A stretch of DNA of 64,000 nt, from the NCBI GenBank assembly GCA_050575255.1, contig JBNZDD010013718.1, positions 8,683,677 through 8,747,676 on the forward strand, in the 5' to 3' direction. Under the pieces are notes generated by a model. The model was not told the DNA's origin and did not search any database. It was given only the letters and a program-made list of their open reading frames with translations. Within the stretch, counting starts at the first letter, position 1. Each line of letters starts with the position of its first letter. This document shows, in pieces, positions 52,487-64,000 of this stretch. The position numbers and the translations under genes were made by a program. This DNA is from Harriotta raleighana. Taxonomy: Eukaryota.

Positions 52487-52669
52487 CTTTGCGTAGTCCT
52501 CCTCAGTGAATTCCTGATCCTTCTGCATGATCTCGTGGAGCCTCGCTTTGACACGGTGCTGGCAGCTGCTGAGGGAATCACTGTTGCTGTCCAGAAGACC
52601 ATTCATGTTGGCACTTTTCACCATTTGTACAAGAATGGGAGTCAGCTCGCCTTCCAGAGCCAAGAGCCC
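52487..52669 (-). CDS. PPIP5K1: PPIP5K1 exon, 183 nt: [27 protein letters not shown]...FTEEDYAK
   Basis: ctgcag|GGG...AAG|gtagcg; phase 0-0; ORF 52415..52681. Confidence 0.96.
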
Positions 52670-53178
52670 CTGCAGACACAAACAATCAGACCAGCATCTA
52701 AAACCTGCAGAAGACTTTACCTTTATCTATTCAATTTCTTTAACAAACAAAAGTAGTTTTAGTCATTTTAATTTACAACCGAACTCACAAAAAATCCAAA
52801 ACGAACAAAATAAGGGAACAAATTGACTGAGGCTAGTAAACTGTAGGACACCCTCCAAAAAAGAGCTAGTAAATTGATTTCTCATCTCAATTAATCAGCT
52901 GCATAACTATTACGAATTCAGTAAATGATAAAAGGATTTGTCATTAATATTTCATTGTAAAGTTGCAAGTGACACATGCAAACCATGGAACTCTGACAGA
53001 TCAATCCCTCACCTACAGTGCTGTAAAGAAGCCAATCATTGTTAAACTTAAGAAATTTTACTCTTTAGTTAGAATTTTAAAATGTTGACTCTCGATTGGG
53101 TATGTTCCAACCCCCCCCACCCCAATAAAATACTACCAAGTAATTGATATTCACAAGGACATCCTTCTACTCACAGAC

Positions 53179-53300
53179 CTTGGCAAAAGCTGCTGCCGTC
53201 ATCTGTACTCTGCCCTCATCAGATGCATAGATTTTCAAGTCATGTCTATAAGTACTGTGCAGACGAAGTAACCCACAGCCAGGAAACCCTGCATAGTCAC
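53179..53300 (-). CDS. PPIP5K1: PPIP5K1 exon, 122 nt: [41 protein letters not shown]
   Basis: tttcag|GT...AAG|gtctgt; phase 1-0; SDEGRV motif of the histidine phosphatase fold. Confidence 0.96.
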
Positions 53301-54492
53301 CTGAAAAAAAACGTTACTTCTTGTAGCATTTATATTTCCCTACAGATCAATTGCTTCTCAATATCCAGATTACATTCCAGATCTCGACAAATTCCCTATT
53401 GCTAGTAACTAATTGTGGAGATTGACAGTCAGGACTTCCATTAAAACAAAGGCCAGTGTGAACAACCAAATAATTTCTCTCATCTAGTCGTATAAAGAAG
53501 TGTTTATAATGTACATTGATGTAACATTCTAAACATCTGAATGAAAGCTGAAAGCTCTAGATCAAAAATTAACATCTGAACTGCAAAGAATGAAAACCTT
53601 GAAATAAAGCTTCAGTATTTTCATCAGAGTTACAATCTGAACTAGTCCATTACAAGATCCTTTGGATGAGACATTAAACTGAAGTCCCATCTGTCTGATG
53701 GGATGGATGTTAGAGATGTTATGGCACAACACGAGAAGAGAGTCCTGGCCAACACACTCACTCCATGGCCTTTTATGAGACCTTGCTGTGCCACAATTTA
53801 CAAATCAATCCACTTTGCAGTATATCCTGTGAAACATTTTTGAGACATCTCAATGAGGTGACAATACGATACATCAAATGTAAAATTGTTACTATTATTA
53901 TTATTTTTATCATCAAGATCACCAGATGCAACTTTCACAAATAATCCACACAACTGTTACGGTTAAAAGAAACTGGAGACTTTCTTTAAAGACGTTAATA
54001 CATGATTTACAGATATTGTGCTTTCTTGTCACTCAACAGATGGTGGGAATACCTCAGAACGAGTTATTTATACCATCTGTTTCTTACCTCTCCTCTCCTG
54101 GGCACAACAAGGTGAAATATGGTTAGGGCTGACAAACAAAAGCCTTTTCCATTTCAAACTCCTAGATAAGTTTTCATAGAGTGGAATTCACTGTGCTCTG
54201 CCCCACCAACATGCCACAGCTCCAACCTGTGAAAATCACTTCTTCTGCACCAATTTGAAATATTCCATTTCCTTCATTGTGGGTTCATTTAGAACAAGAT
54301 CATCCTGCTTAAATCAACCCATTCTCAAAATATTTCTTCCCATTTTGGGCTCTTTGGTCTTTTCTTTTGCCCTTTCTCTCAATTTCTGTTAATCATTATA
54401 TCCTCATATTCTATCTTGTATTTTTTTAAAACAAACTGAACTGAAACCACCTTTTTGGAACATGAACTTTCTGATGTATCTCACGATTAAAT

Positions 54493-54680
54493 TACAACAA
54501 AAATAACAAAATTACATTTATAGAGTGCCTTTCACGTCGGGAGGACGTCCCAAGGTGCTGAACAGTCAGGGCTCGGGACCCGAGCAAGACGGAGGTGCAG
54601 AGTGGGGGCGAGGGAGAAAGGTGGGAGGGTGATAGAAGGCACGATCAAAGAGGAGTCTTAACATTGGCCTTGAAGGAAAT
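54493..54680 (-). mobile_element. L2 3' fragment
   Basis: ATTACATTTATAGAGTGCCTTTCACGTCGGGAGGACGTCCCAAGG. Confidence 0.8.
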
Positions 54681-57600
54681 TATGATCTGGTTAGTTGATT
54701 TGAAGATCTAAAATTACTACGTGTTCCAGGATTCCAGGTCATATTTATATGACCAGGAGGACAGATGGCTGACAGTAACATCAGCCACCAAGAATGCACA
54801 GGAGCTCTTGATGACGTTGGAACCTGAAGTTCAATGTCATTCAGTGGGATTGAGAGAATAATCCTTGAAACATTGGCTCTACACAAAAATAAACAAAATC
54901 TGGTAGAGGTTGTGAACAACTACATCTTCAGAAACGCTGAGTCAAAGACAATTCTTCCATATGGGAACAGCGGACCACACAGCACCACTAGTGATTTACA
55001 TTTGCCCAACAAGGAAAGGGGATCACAAGTAGTCCAGATGGCATATCCTGAAACACGTCAAGCAAAGGGCCTCTACCCTTAAAATTCTCTTCAATGATTT
55101 TCTGAGCACATGCATGATCAGGAAGAATTAATGAAACAAAAATCTTTCCAATTTAATACTGCACAAAGTAGTGAGATTTCACATTGTGGATCAGATATGA
55201 ATAGTATTTGCACATTCAGGCTGAGAGAGATACTGCTGTTTTGCCTGCATTGATTTTGTAGATCAAATTTAAAACAGTTCCTGAGACGGAATATAAAGTT
55301 TCATTTTCTAATGCATTCCGAGACATTGCTCGTGTGAAGGGCATTTTGTAATTGGAAGTTGCTGTTTTTGTTGTTGTAATGGGGTCATTCGACAATGTCA
55401 CCAATTAAAACATTTCCCAGTTACTTCCAGACAGACTGAGGGGGATACAAGTTTGCAGAGCAGGAGAATTAATAACTTTTAGTATTTGTAATAATCTTTG
55501 CGTCTTAATTACTTTATTAGAATAAATGTAATTTCATTTGTGAATCACTCAGATTGATGATTAGTTTGCTGTTGCATACCTTTTGCTGTTAGAACGAACG
55601 CAAGATTAAATCAGTTCAGGATGTGGAAAAAAAAATCAAAGATGAAAATTTGATTAAATCACCACACTCAGATACAAAACCTTCAAACCCTTACCACCTT
55701 CAGTGGGAGATTCACAGCTCAAAGCAGTGTCGCTATCATCTATGTTCATGTCGGAGGTTGGAGGGAAAGAAGACAAAATTAACATTCACCCCCTTAAGCC
55801 TAGGTTTAAAAATGTCTGAATTTCCTCAGACTGTATACAACCGGGCTTTACTAGATCATTGTTTGTTATGATCAAATTTGGATTGGCTGAAGGACAAGAC
55901 CAAATAGAAACTCAGTTACATTTTTAAATGTTTCTCCTCAATTTCAACAGTACATGGCCTAGGAGAATTCAATCACACATTTTAAAAAAACAATTAATTT
56001 TAGAACTATTTTCTTAACAGCATTGAAACCGTTATATGTTGGGTAGATTTTTCATAATCAATATGCACAACTGTGGATTGACCTAAGAAATGAAATGACA
56101 TTAATACCAGATCCACAAACACAGGGAATCAGAGTCAGATTAGAGTACAGTAAAGACAGGAGATACGGTTATAATTTAAAATCAGTCATCAGAGTAACTG
56201 AGACAAGGGAAAACTTGTCACATCTGGGAAAAATGCTGTAGTTGGGAATACCCCCAAATAGAACATAAATGTTAAAGGAGCCAATCTAAAAAAAAACGAT
56301 TTCTATGTAGCTCATTAGTCTGGTCTATGGTGGATGCACAAGCTACAGTCGCTGGGTTGGAGACGTCATTTCTACAGTCGAGACATTCAAAACATCAGGT
56401 TAATCATGTTNAATACCCCCAAATAGAACATAAATGTTAAAGGAGCCAATCTAAAAAAAAATGATTTCTATGTAGCTCATTAGTCTGGTTTATGGTGGAT
56501 GCACAAAATTCACAGCTACAGTCGCTGGGTTGGAGACGTCATTTCTACAGTCGAGACATTCAAAACATCAGGTTAATCATGTTTTATAGTGCTGCAATGG
56601 TGGGATTTAGTTTGTGTTATTTATCAAAAACTTGCTTTGAAGCTCATTCTATTTGGAACTAGAGATTTAAACAAACATATACACACACACCCAGTAAAAG
56701 CCCTGCGTACTCACACACTGACTGTCTAGGTATCCACTTACCCACATTGTTCATGACACTGGCCAAAGCAAACCAGCTGTGCGCATGAACTGTGAACTTG
56801 TGTGAACAGTGAATTTGTGTTTATTTATACAGGTAATCTGGGGTTAGAGACATGGAGAGAGTCGGAGAAAAGAAAACGAAATAGTCCAGGCGACACTGCA
56901 ATGCAGTCCAGCGGTGCGCTTGATTATTGGGAGGCGCTGTCCTTCAGATGAGAAGTTAAGCCAAGATTGGCCTCTCTGTTCAAATGGACGTTCACAATTG
57001 CATAGCATTATTTAAAGAGAAGAGAATTTCTCCCAAGGTGCTGGCCAACAATCGCCCAAATAAAATTGGTTACTCACTTCAGGGTTATTTATGGGACATT
57101 ACTGTTTGTAATTTGGTTGCTGTTTGAAGCTCAGTTTATTTCGGATCTCCTACAAATACAGTCACTGCAATACATGGTAAAAAGTTTGAGAACACCTCAA
57201 GAACGTAATAAGAGGCAGTATAAAATTATTGTTAAGAATTATTGTTTTACGTTGCAACAACTAGCAATAGTGAATTTCACAAAACTACATTCCATCCCCA
57301 AATGACATTCAAATGGGCTTTCAATCGACTTCTCTAAACCAGAAGATAACTCTAAATAAAGTAAACACATTACGTAGTACATTTTCTGAAAAAATGTACT
57401 ACATAATATGACTGTGCAAGAAGTTTTACAGTTTGCAAAGAAAATCCTGCTCCTTTTAATACAGACTGCAATCAAACATGGGTATTGTTGTCCGTTTGCA
57501 AAAAGCCAATTGAGGTGATTTATAGATAACCAATGTATATGTACATAACCTGGTTATGTATAAATACTACAGCTTGCTTTCACACTCAATCAAAAATACT

Positions 57601-57755
57601 GGAACATTAACAGGAAGTAATTTCAACTACCTAGACCCAATTACAGTACCTACTACCACTTCATCCCAATAGGCAACTGTAAACAAGTAGGTCAAATTAT
57701 TTTAATGCGGAAATTGCGCTTCAGATGAAATGGTTAGAGCAAGAAATTCACAATA

Positions 57756-58846
57756 CAGTTAACCCTCATCGATCACGGGGTTTACGTTCCTGGAAAACTG
57801 TGCACTCAACTAAATTGCGTTAAGAGAAGTTTATGACGTAATGGGAAAAGGAGGGTTAGGGGAATCCAGTCCCAGGCTACCCACTTCAAGCCTCCAGCAC
57901 ATCCAATGCAAGGTACCTACTGAGGTGGGGCAACAGCTGGCTAGCCCGCTCCTCGCTCCACCCTCCTCTCCCCGCTCTTGTTGCTCCCCCCCACCCCACC
58001 CCCCAACTCTTCCTGCTCTTGGCTCTCCTACCACCCAGGAAGTGGGCAAATCAGGGCAGCCCAGGAGGGAGGCAGAGAGAAATCGGGGAGAGCGGCGGGC
58101 GGAGGGGGAGAGAAAAGAGAACCGCTCGGGGGTGGAGGGGACGGGACTCACTGAGGTGTGGGGCAGCGAGCCGATCGGGGGCACGGGGGGATCCGATGAG
58201 GTGCGGGGCAGCAAGCCGATCGGAAGCTGAGGTGCCATTTTTTCCCCCCTTTCTGCGTGTGTTTGTGGGACACTGCTGTGCGCAATTTGGCTGCTGCATT
58301 TCGCCCGCAAATATAGTCAATTTTTCCTACTCCTTTCCCTGAGCCCTCCCCCCCTACTTGGCTGTACAGCGCTTTGGGACGTCCTCCCGACGTGAAAGGC
58401 GCTATATAAATAAAATTTTGATTGATTGATTGATTGATTGATGAAGGCGAGCTGCTCGGAGAGTGCTGGAGACAGGAGAAACAGAAAGGTTACAGCGGCT
58501 TTGTTATCACTTTATTGCTATAATAAAGTTTTAAAAAAAGCAATAAAACAACAGAGCAGCCTACATTGCTGTATGATTCCTGTCTTTCTCTCTCTGTCTT
58601 CTGTTTACAATGCAAAACAATAAAATTCTCTGAGGCAAAAATGCACATGCGCACATGCACCAGCCAGCTGAGGAAACATCAGATTTAGTCAGGAGCTATC
58701 GGCGTCTTCACCTGTGCGCATGCACGCAGGGGCCAGCCAGCCCGTATACACAAGTTTTCCGCACGCTGCACAAAAAAGTGATGCTTTGCTTTTGTCGCGT
58801 ATACTCGAATTTGCAAACGATAATCGCCTTCATCAAGGGTTAACTC
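57756..58846. mobile_element. Non-autonomous Tigger-like element containing a nested SINE
   Basis: TA|CAGTTAACCCT ... AGGGTTAACTC|TA imperfect TIRs. Confidence 0.7.
58235..58440 (+). mobile_element. SINE subfamily with Deu-type body, L2 tail and (TTGA)n end
   Basis: TGTTTGTGGGACACTGCTGTGCGCAATTTGGCTGC ... GGGACGTCCTCCCGACGTGAAAGGCGCTATATAAA ... (TTGA)n. Confidence 0.8.
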
Positions 58847-60421
58847 TATAGCATGTGCTGGGTCTTTCAAAGACAAATCCATTCAGTCCAATTTATCTGC
58901 TTTTCTCCTACACCGCGGCAAATTTACTCCTTGCAGATGTGGCATCATTAATATTGTATATGTTGTAATAAACCATGTCTGCTCTTCAGAGACCTGCAAT
59001 GTGTTGTAGTGGAACCAGACCTCAGTAGTTATTCTGTATAAGTCATTATATTTCACCATTTACTGTTTTTAAGAGACAGTTAGTTGTTCTTTGGTCTGGG
59101 TAATCAGGACCTAGGTAGGAGTTTGACCATTTATCGATCTTATCTGCAGCACTCCGCACCATTTCATGTCATCAGCAATTTATCAATTGCTTAAATATGA
59201 AGACATTTTAAAATCTTAACATACTACAAAAGCAACTACAGCACTCCCCACAAAGTAGCTAGAATTGTTCATTCTAGAGAAATAAGACCAATACATATAA
59301 ACTATATTCTATTACTGCCTTGTGCATTTCGTACCCAAAATACTGTTAATCCATTTACAGTACATCTTGAAGTGCTTTGAGATGTCTCGACAATATAAAT
59401 CAAATGCAAACATGATTATGATTTTGTTATACTCTACAGTTGTATCTGTTAAAGTTACAGTGAGACATTGGTTACCAGAATAAATTAGGAAGCCTGATTC
59501 TGTACATTGCACAACACTATTTCAGTACAGAGACAGATATGAAAATGAAATTGCATAGAACTTGCAGTAAAATAGATTTTGAAAATTTATCCTTTTATTC
59601 CAGCAGCTTGAGGAATGGACAATTTCACCTGAAGTAGTATTTTATTATTTTGCAATGGAAATATTTGGCAAAAAGAAAACATTCAAAGGAATGGGTTATG
59701 TCCCCAAATGTTTTGTAAAATATGAATTCACTCACACTAAAATAGTAGCAGCATAAACAAAGGTCCAAATCAATTTGTATTTGAAATATTAAAATCTTGC
59801 TACAACTTTAAAATGACAGATCTACAACATTCACATTTTCAGCTTGTCAATTTTGATCTTAATTAGCACTAAAAGATCAGGACTGCCTTCCACTTATTCA
59901 GGCACAGAGTGAACACTCTACATTTCTCCTACTTTTAGGCTAGTGCAGGTACAGTTTGAAAATCTCACCAAGTTATGTTTGGAACAATTTAAAAGATTAT
60001 TCAATGCTTTTAAAAATGTGTCTTGAAATCATTGTTTGAAAAAAAATGGAAGCTTGATCAATTATTCAAAGCACGTCAGTTAGCACTCAGTCAAAATACG
60101 CTTAAAACACTAACTTGTGCAGCTGCCCCTCTGAGAAATATTGACATGGATCTAGAAGAAACATTTAAAATTCGTCAAGCATGTCTCCAAAGTTTATTTG
60201 TGTATTATCCAGGGTGATTGCTAACATGTTGACCAGGTTTCACTGCAATTCATTTATCAAAAAAGCAAGGCTAATTGTAAGCTCTGCAGTGATGCCTAGC
60301 CTAGCAGCAGCAACAACAATAAAATTACATTTATAGAGCGCCTTTCACATTGGGAGGACGTCCCAAAGCTCTGCAGCAGTAAAGTTAACACACTTCCCCG
60401 ACACAGACCACATCCTTAATA

Positions 60422-60798
60422 CAGTAAAAACCTTGTTTATCCGGCATGTTCAGATGGGGGCGGGGGGGGGGGTCGATTAATTGACTGTGCCGGATAAACG
60501 GGGGACAAGTTGCCGAAAACCCAACATAAAAAATTAACTTATTTTAAAACATACCATGTTAATAATAGACTACATAGTAACAGAATATTGTGCGGATACT
60601 TACCAACAAAGCATTCCAGCACAGTCGGGAAAAAAATCGATCGGTAAAAAACCCAAGTTCGTAAGTTTACTAAGTGTGCATGTGCACGCATTGCACGCAT
60701 GCGCAGTGAGCAAACTCGCGATTCTGGAATGGGGAATTGCACCGGGAGGAGGTAGAGCAATTCGGTTGATCGGGTCACAGATGAACAAGGTTTTACTG
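60422..60798. mobile_element. Tigger-like MITE
   Basis: TA|CAGTAAAAACCTTGTTTATCCGG ... GATGAACAAGGTTTTACTG|TA. Confidence 0.85.
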
Positions 60799-61308
60799 TA
60801 CTCAAGTGCACTAAATGTACTAGTACTTAGCAGTGCCACCATCCCTTTAATGGTTAAAAAAGGTAAATGTCAATGAGCGTTAAATCATTTAGATGAAGAA
60901 ATAAAGGCACTATTTACTTTGTTCATTACCTGTTTTTTCCAAACTGCTAAATTTTAAGTTTTTGGCACAATATAAATTAAGCCCCATGAATTTGAACAAA
61001 GTTGAGTTTGTAATCAGATACAAATGCAGAGTGCTCGCTGTGTTAATACACAAGTTTAGAATCACAGCTCAAGTGAATCAGATTCAGGATATTGTACATT
61101 GCCATCCATCTTGCTTTTTATAAAGGCGTCTCATTAAGTCTCGAGGCTAGCAAACGGAATTTCACCCCCAAGGGGTGACAGAGCTTGCCAAGTCAACAGA
61201 AATTAAATGTTAATCAAAGAGTCCACCTAGTGGTGTTAGGGGTTCAGACTAAATGCCAAGTTGTGTGATATGCATACATCCTGTAACACTTCTTATTAAG
61301 TATTGTAC

Positions 61309-61434
61309 CTTGACCACCCGGGTACATGCATCTGAATGCTCGGCCCAATTCCTCTGCTTGCACTCTCCCCGCTGGAGTCAGCTCGCCTCCCCACTTCAAC
61401 ACCAAAAGGAGTGATGGGTCCTCTCTCCTGGAGT
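61309..61434 (-). CDS. PPIP5K1: PPIP5K1 exon, 126 nt: [42 protein letters not shown]
   Basis: tctcag|AC...G|gtacaa; phase 1-1; conserved LKWGGELT motif. Confidence 0.96.
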
Positions 61435-61601
61435 CTGAGAAATAAAATCGAGTCAGTCACCCAGCTCGTGCAACTCTCCTGATTCTGCTCTGGTAAATTA
61501 TATATTTTTTAAAAAGTCGATAACACTAAACATGAACTGATTTTCATCTGGGTGATTGTTGGTTAGTATACTGAGATAAAAAAGAGCTATATTTATCATA
61601 C

Positions 61602-61687
61602 CTTCCTCTTCACTGGATGTTTTGGGTTGTCCATGAGGCAAATATGTCATCTGTACTTTCCTGTTTATTCCTGAAAAGTGGCCGTAC
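61602..61687 (-). CDS. PPIP5K1: PPIP5K1 exon, 86 nt: [28 protein letters not shown]
   Basis: ttgcag|G...G|gtatga; phase 2-1; overlaps ORF 61498..61722. Confidence 0.95.
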
Positions 61688-61745
61688 CTGCAACAAACAT
61701 ATCGAATGTAAGACTTTGTCATCTGTAACTCCTGCTATACATATA

Positions 61746-62389
61746 CAGTAAAACCCCGTTTATCCGTGACTCGATGAACCGGAAACCCCGTTGAACTGGA
61801 ACCTCAAAAAAAAGTCCTGATTCAACAAACTGGAAGTTATCCATCAAAATAGTGATGATGCATTTAATGAATCGATTGTCGCACGCGAGTACTGGTGCAG
61901 GTACTCGGCTGGCCGCTAGTCGAGCCTAAACTCACGCTACTGCCTTTTTTTAAAAAAAGTCGTGATACTGTCCTTTTTAAAAAAAAAGTCACACTACTGC
62001 CGCTTGGTTTTCCTCCCATGGCTGCCATTGCAGAAGTTAAGTAGAAATAATAAAGTACTAATACAATATTCTGTTAATACAATATCTGTTATTCATGTAT
62101 TTAGTCTATTATTTGTATAGTATTGTTTAACATTTACAATAAAGTAGCCACACAATATTCTGTTATTACAGTATGTTATTACTGTCTTTACTCTATTATT
62201 TATATGGTACGGTATACAACATTTACAATAAAATACCCATACAATATTGTTATTTTCTCTTATTATTTAGTCTATTATTAATATGGTATGTGTTTAAATA
62301 ATTTTGCATTTAAAAAAAAATCTATTTTGAAAACCGTTTAACCACCACTGGTCAGATCCCATAGGTGCTGGAAAAACAGGGTTTTACTG
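61746..62389. mobile_element. Tigger-like MITE with internal AT-rich degenerate repeats
   Basis: TA|CAGTAAAACCCCGTTTATCC ... GGAAAAACAGGGTTTTACTG|TA. Confidence 0.85.
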
Positions 62390-63084
62390 TATCCCAATAA
62401 TACACTGAATTAAGAAGAGAGAAAGGAGACGAGACGAAGAGGAGAGAGAGGTGAAGGAATCTGAGAGAAATAGTAAAATAAACACAAACAACTAGAGAGA
62501 AAAAAAAAGGAGTGCTAGCCTTGCGCTACTGCAGTTTGAATTCTGAGTGATGATAATTGTGTCAAGTGAACAGGAGGCATAAAATTAATAAAGTAGGTTT
62601 AATGTCAAAGTACTATGTATCCACCAAACTATTAATGAGTATAGAGTATATCTGGCTAATATTCCTTTGAGCAATATTCAACATCAGCAAAAACTTGCAG
62701 GTGAAGTGCTTGGAACATTTAACAGTGGTGGAACTTGACCCAATCTGGGAAGGGAAGTGAATCATTTTATAACAGGCTAATAATGTACACAAATGCCATG
62801 ATTGGCACCACCATTAATTACTCCATTAGATTACACAGCTCAGAAGAGCTGTAGATTCAAAATCGGGACAATAGGAAGATTGCAGAAATTTTTTTATGTA
62901 CAAAAGGAAGTGGGCAGTTGGAACAAACTAACAGAAAAGGTGGTAGAATTACTGTGTAAGGATTTCAAAAAAGGATCTTAATGAAATCGTAGTCACGGCT
63001 TTGATTGCAAACATGCACATGGAGCTGTTACGTTAAACTGTAAAAACTTAGTTCGCATCATACAAACTGCAATGATAGACCTAC

Positions 63085-63194
63085 ATTTCAAGGACAGTCT
63101 TTAGCTGCTCCAGCTTTGATTTCTTTTCCTCTATTTCACAGTCATTGTGCTGCCCCAGTTCACCCAGAAGATCTCGCGTAATGTCTAGCACTTC
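63085..63194 (-). CDS. PPIP5K1: PPIP5K1 exon, 110 nt: [37 protein letters not shown]
   Basis: ttgcag|GAA...AT|gtaggt; phase 0-2. Confidence 0.95.
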
Positions 63195-63687
63195 CTGCAA
63201 TAAAGAAGAAGAACTAGTCAGACCTCAAACACCAGAGATACAGACTGATCAGCCTCTGGTGAAACGTTTTGGCACTGAGTGTCATCACACACTCAACCTC
63301 ATTCTGTAACCTGAGGGTAACATTATTTTTAGTACGTATACCCTTATTCTTCTAGAAGAATAAGCCTGTTTTTGGCTGTCAGCATTCAATACAGTAGTTC
63401 TGTCAATGTCCCCACGTATTAAAGCAAACACTATCACTTATCGGCGAATAATACCTTATGAGCAGGTTCATCATTCTTTGAGCTCCCCCACCATCCCAAA
63501 CAATCTACACAGAATGTGAGCTCCCCAAGATCTGTGAAAGCAGTTACAAATACATGAGGCTTTCGGTAGAATTAAGGTAGAGATCTCCAGAGTCTTTGGG
63601 CAATTCTACAGTCAAAGGCTCATTACAGTATATTCTGAGAAGCGTTTTGAGACGTCTCGAAGACGTGACGCTATATCAAATGCAAGG

Positions 63688-63688
<1 letters not shown>

Positions 63689-63740
<52 letters not shown>
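63689..63740 (+). repeat. (TTA)n microsatellite (expanded SINE tail)
   Basis: Uninterrupted TTA run after TGCAAGGA. Confidence 0.95.
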
Positions 63741-63789
63741 CACCAGACCTTTAGCATTTCCCAATACTGCTGCAGGAACAAGTTTTTAC

Positions 63790-63865
63790 CTGAAGTTGTT
63801 TTGGTTTCTTCAGTTTCAATTTTCCAGACTTATATCCTTCATATTTCTCAAACAAGTCAAAGAAC
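63790..63865 (-). CDS. PPIP5K1: PPIP5K1 exon, 76 nt: [25 protein letters not shown]
   Basis: tctag|G...CAG|gtaaaa; phase 2-0; conserved PPIP5K peptide. Confidence 0.95.
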
Positions 63866-64000
63866 CTAGATCCAGAAGACAAAGTCATTAAAAATATAAA
63901 ATCTCCATTACATAAACTAACAGATGAACACTAGCTTATTGATGGTTATTAAAGGTGCACAATGAGCGTGCAGACACACGTGTACAGACTACTACAGCAT

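Larger units (their letters stand above)
15040..63865 (-). other. PPIP5K1: PPIP5K1 gene span (coding part, 5'-partial; continues beyond 64000)
   Basis: 21 exons with GT-AG boundaries and matching phases translate into the PPIP5K/VIP1 phosphatase domain and tail. The tail motifs [22 protein letters not shown] and KPAWYSSGPSSTVSSAGPSSP match PPIP5K1 rather than PPIP5K2 as I recall them. Confidence 0.93.

Noticed and set aside
56247-56583. About 165-bp tandem duplication
   Set aside because: Joined by a single N at 56411; probable assembly artefact.
57831-58342. Overlapping 89-159 aa ORFs on both strands
   Set aside because: GC-rich low-complexity interior of a transposon plus a SINE; no recognisable protein.
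15040-63865. Calling the gene PPIP5K2
   Set aside because: Some segments look PPIP5K2-like, but the three final exons and the STEMKQSGL exon follow PPIP5K1. A phylogeny would settle it.

Overview
Vertebrate genomic DNA. The tRNA-head Deu-type SINEs, L2 tails and exon sequences suggest a cartilaginous fish such as a chimaera; this is an inference. The main feature is the 5'-truncated minus-strand gene PPIP5K1 (inositol hexakisphosphate/diphosphoinositol-pentakisphosphate kinase 1). I traced 21 phase-consistent GT-AG coding exons from 63865 to a stop at 15040, covering the histidine-phosphatase domain and the disordered C-terminal tail. The kinase domain and RHGDRTP motif lie upstream, outside the window. 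Introns and flanks contain tRNA-derived SINEs, L2 and CR1 3' fragments and several pogo/Tigger-type non-autonomous DNA transposons. There is one N gap, and the duplications beside three single-N joins are probably assembly artefacts. I found no clearly new multi-gene system. The best leads are: (1) the stop codon and last codons of PPIP5K1 come from a young antisense L2 tail inserted just before a reconstructable older stop; (2) a PPIP5K2-type exon is retained in PPIP5K1; (3) a cluster of candidate micro- and poison exons, including a possible 5-nt + 13-nt frame-shift/frame-restore pair, lies in a TGCATG-rich alternatively spliced region; (4) there is a templated insertion at an L2 5' junction.
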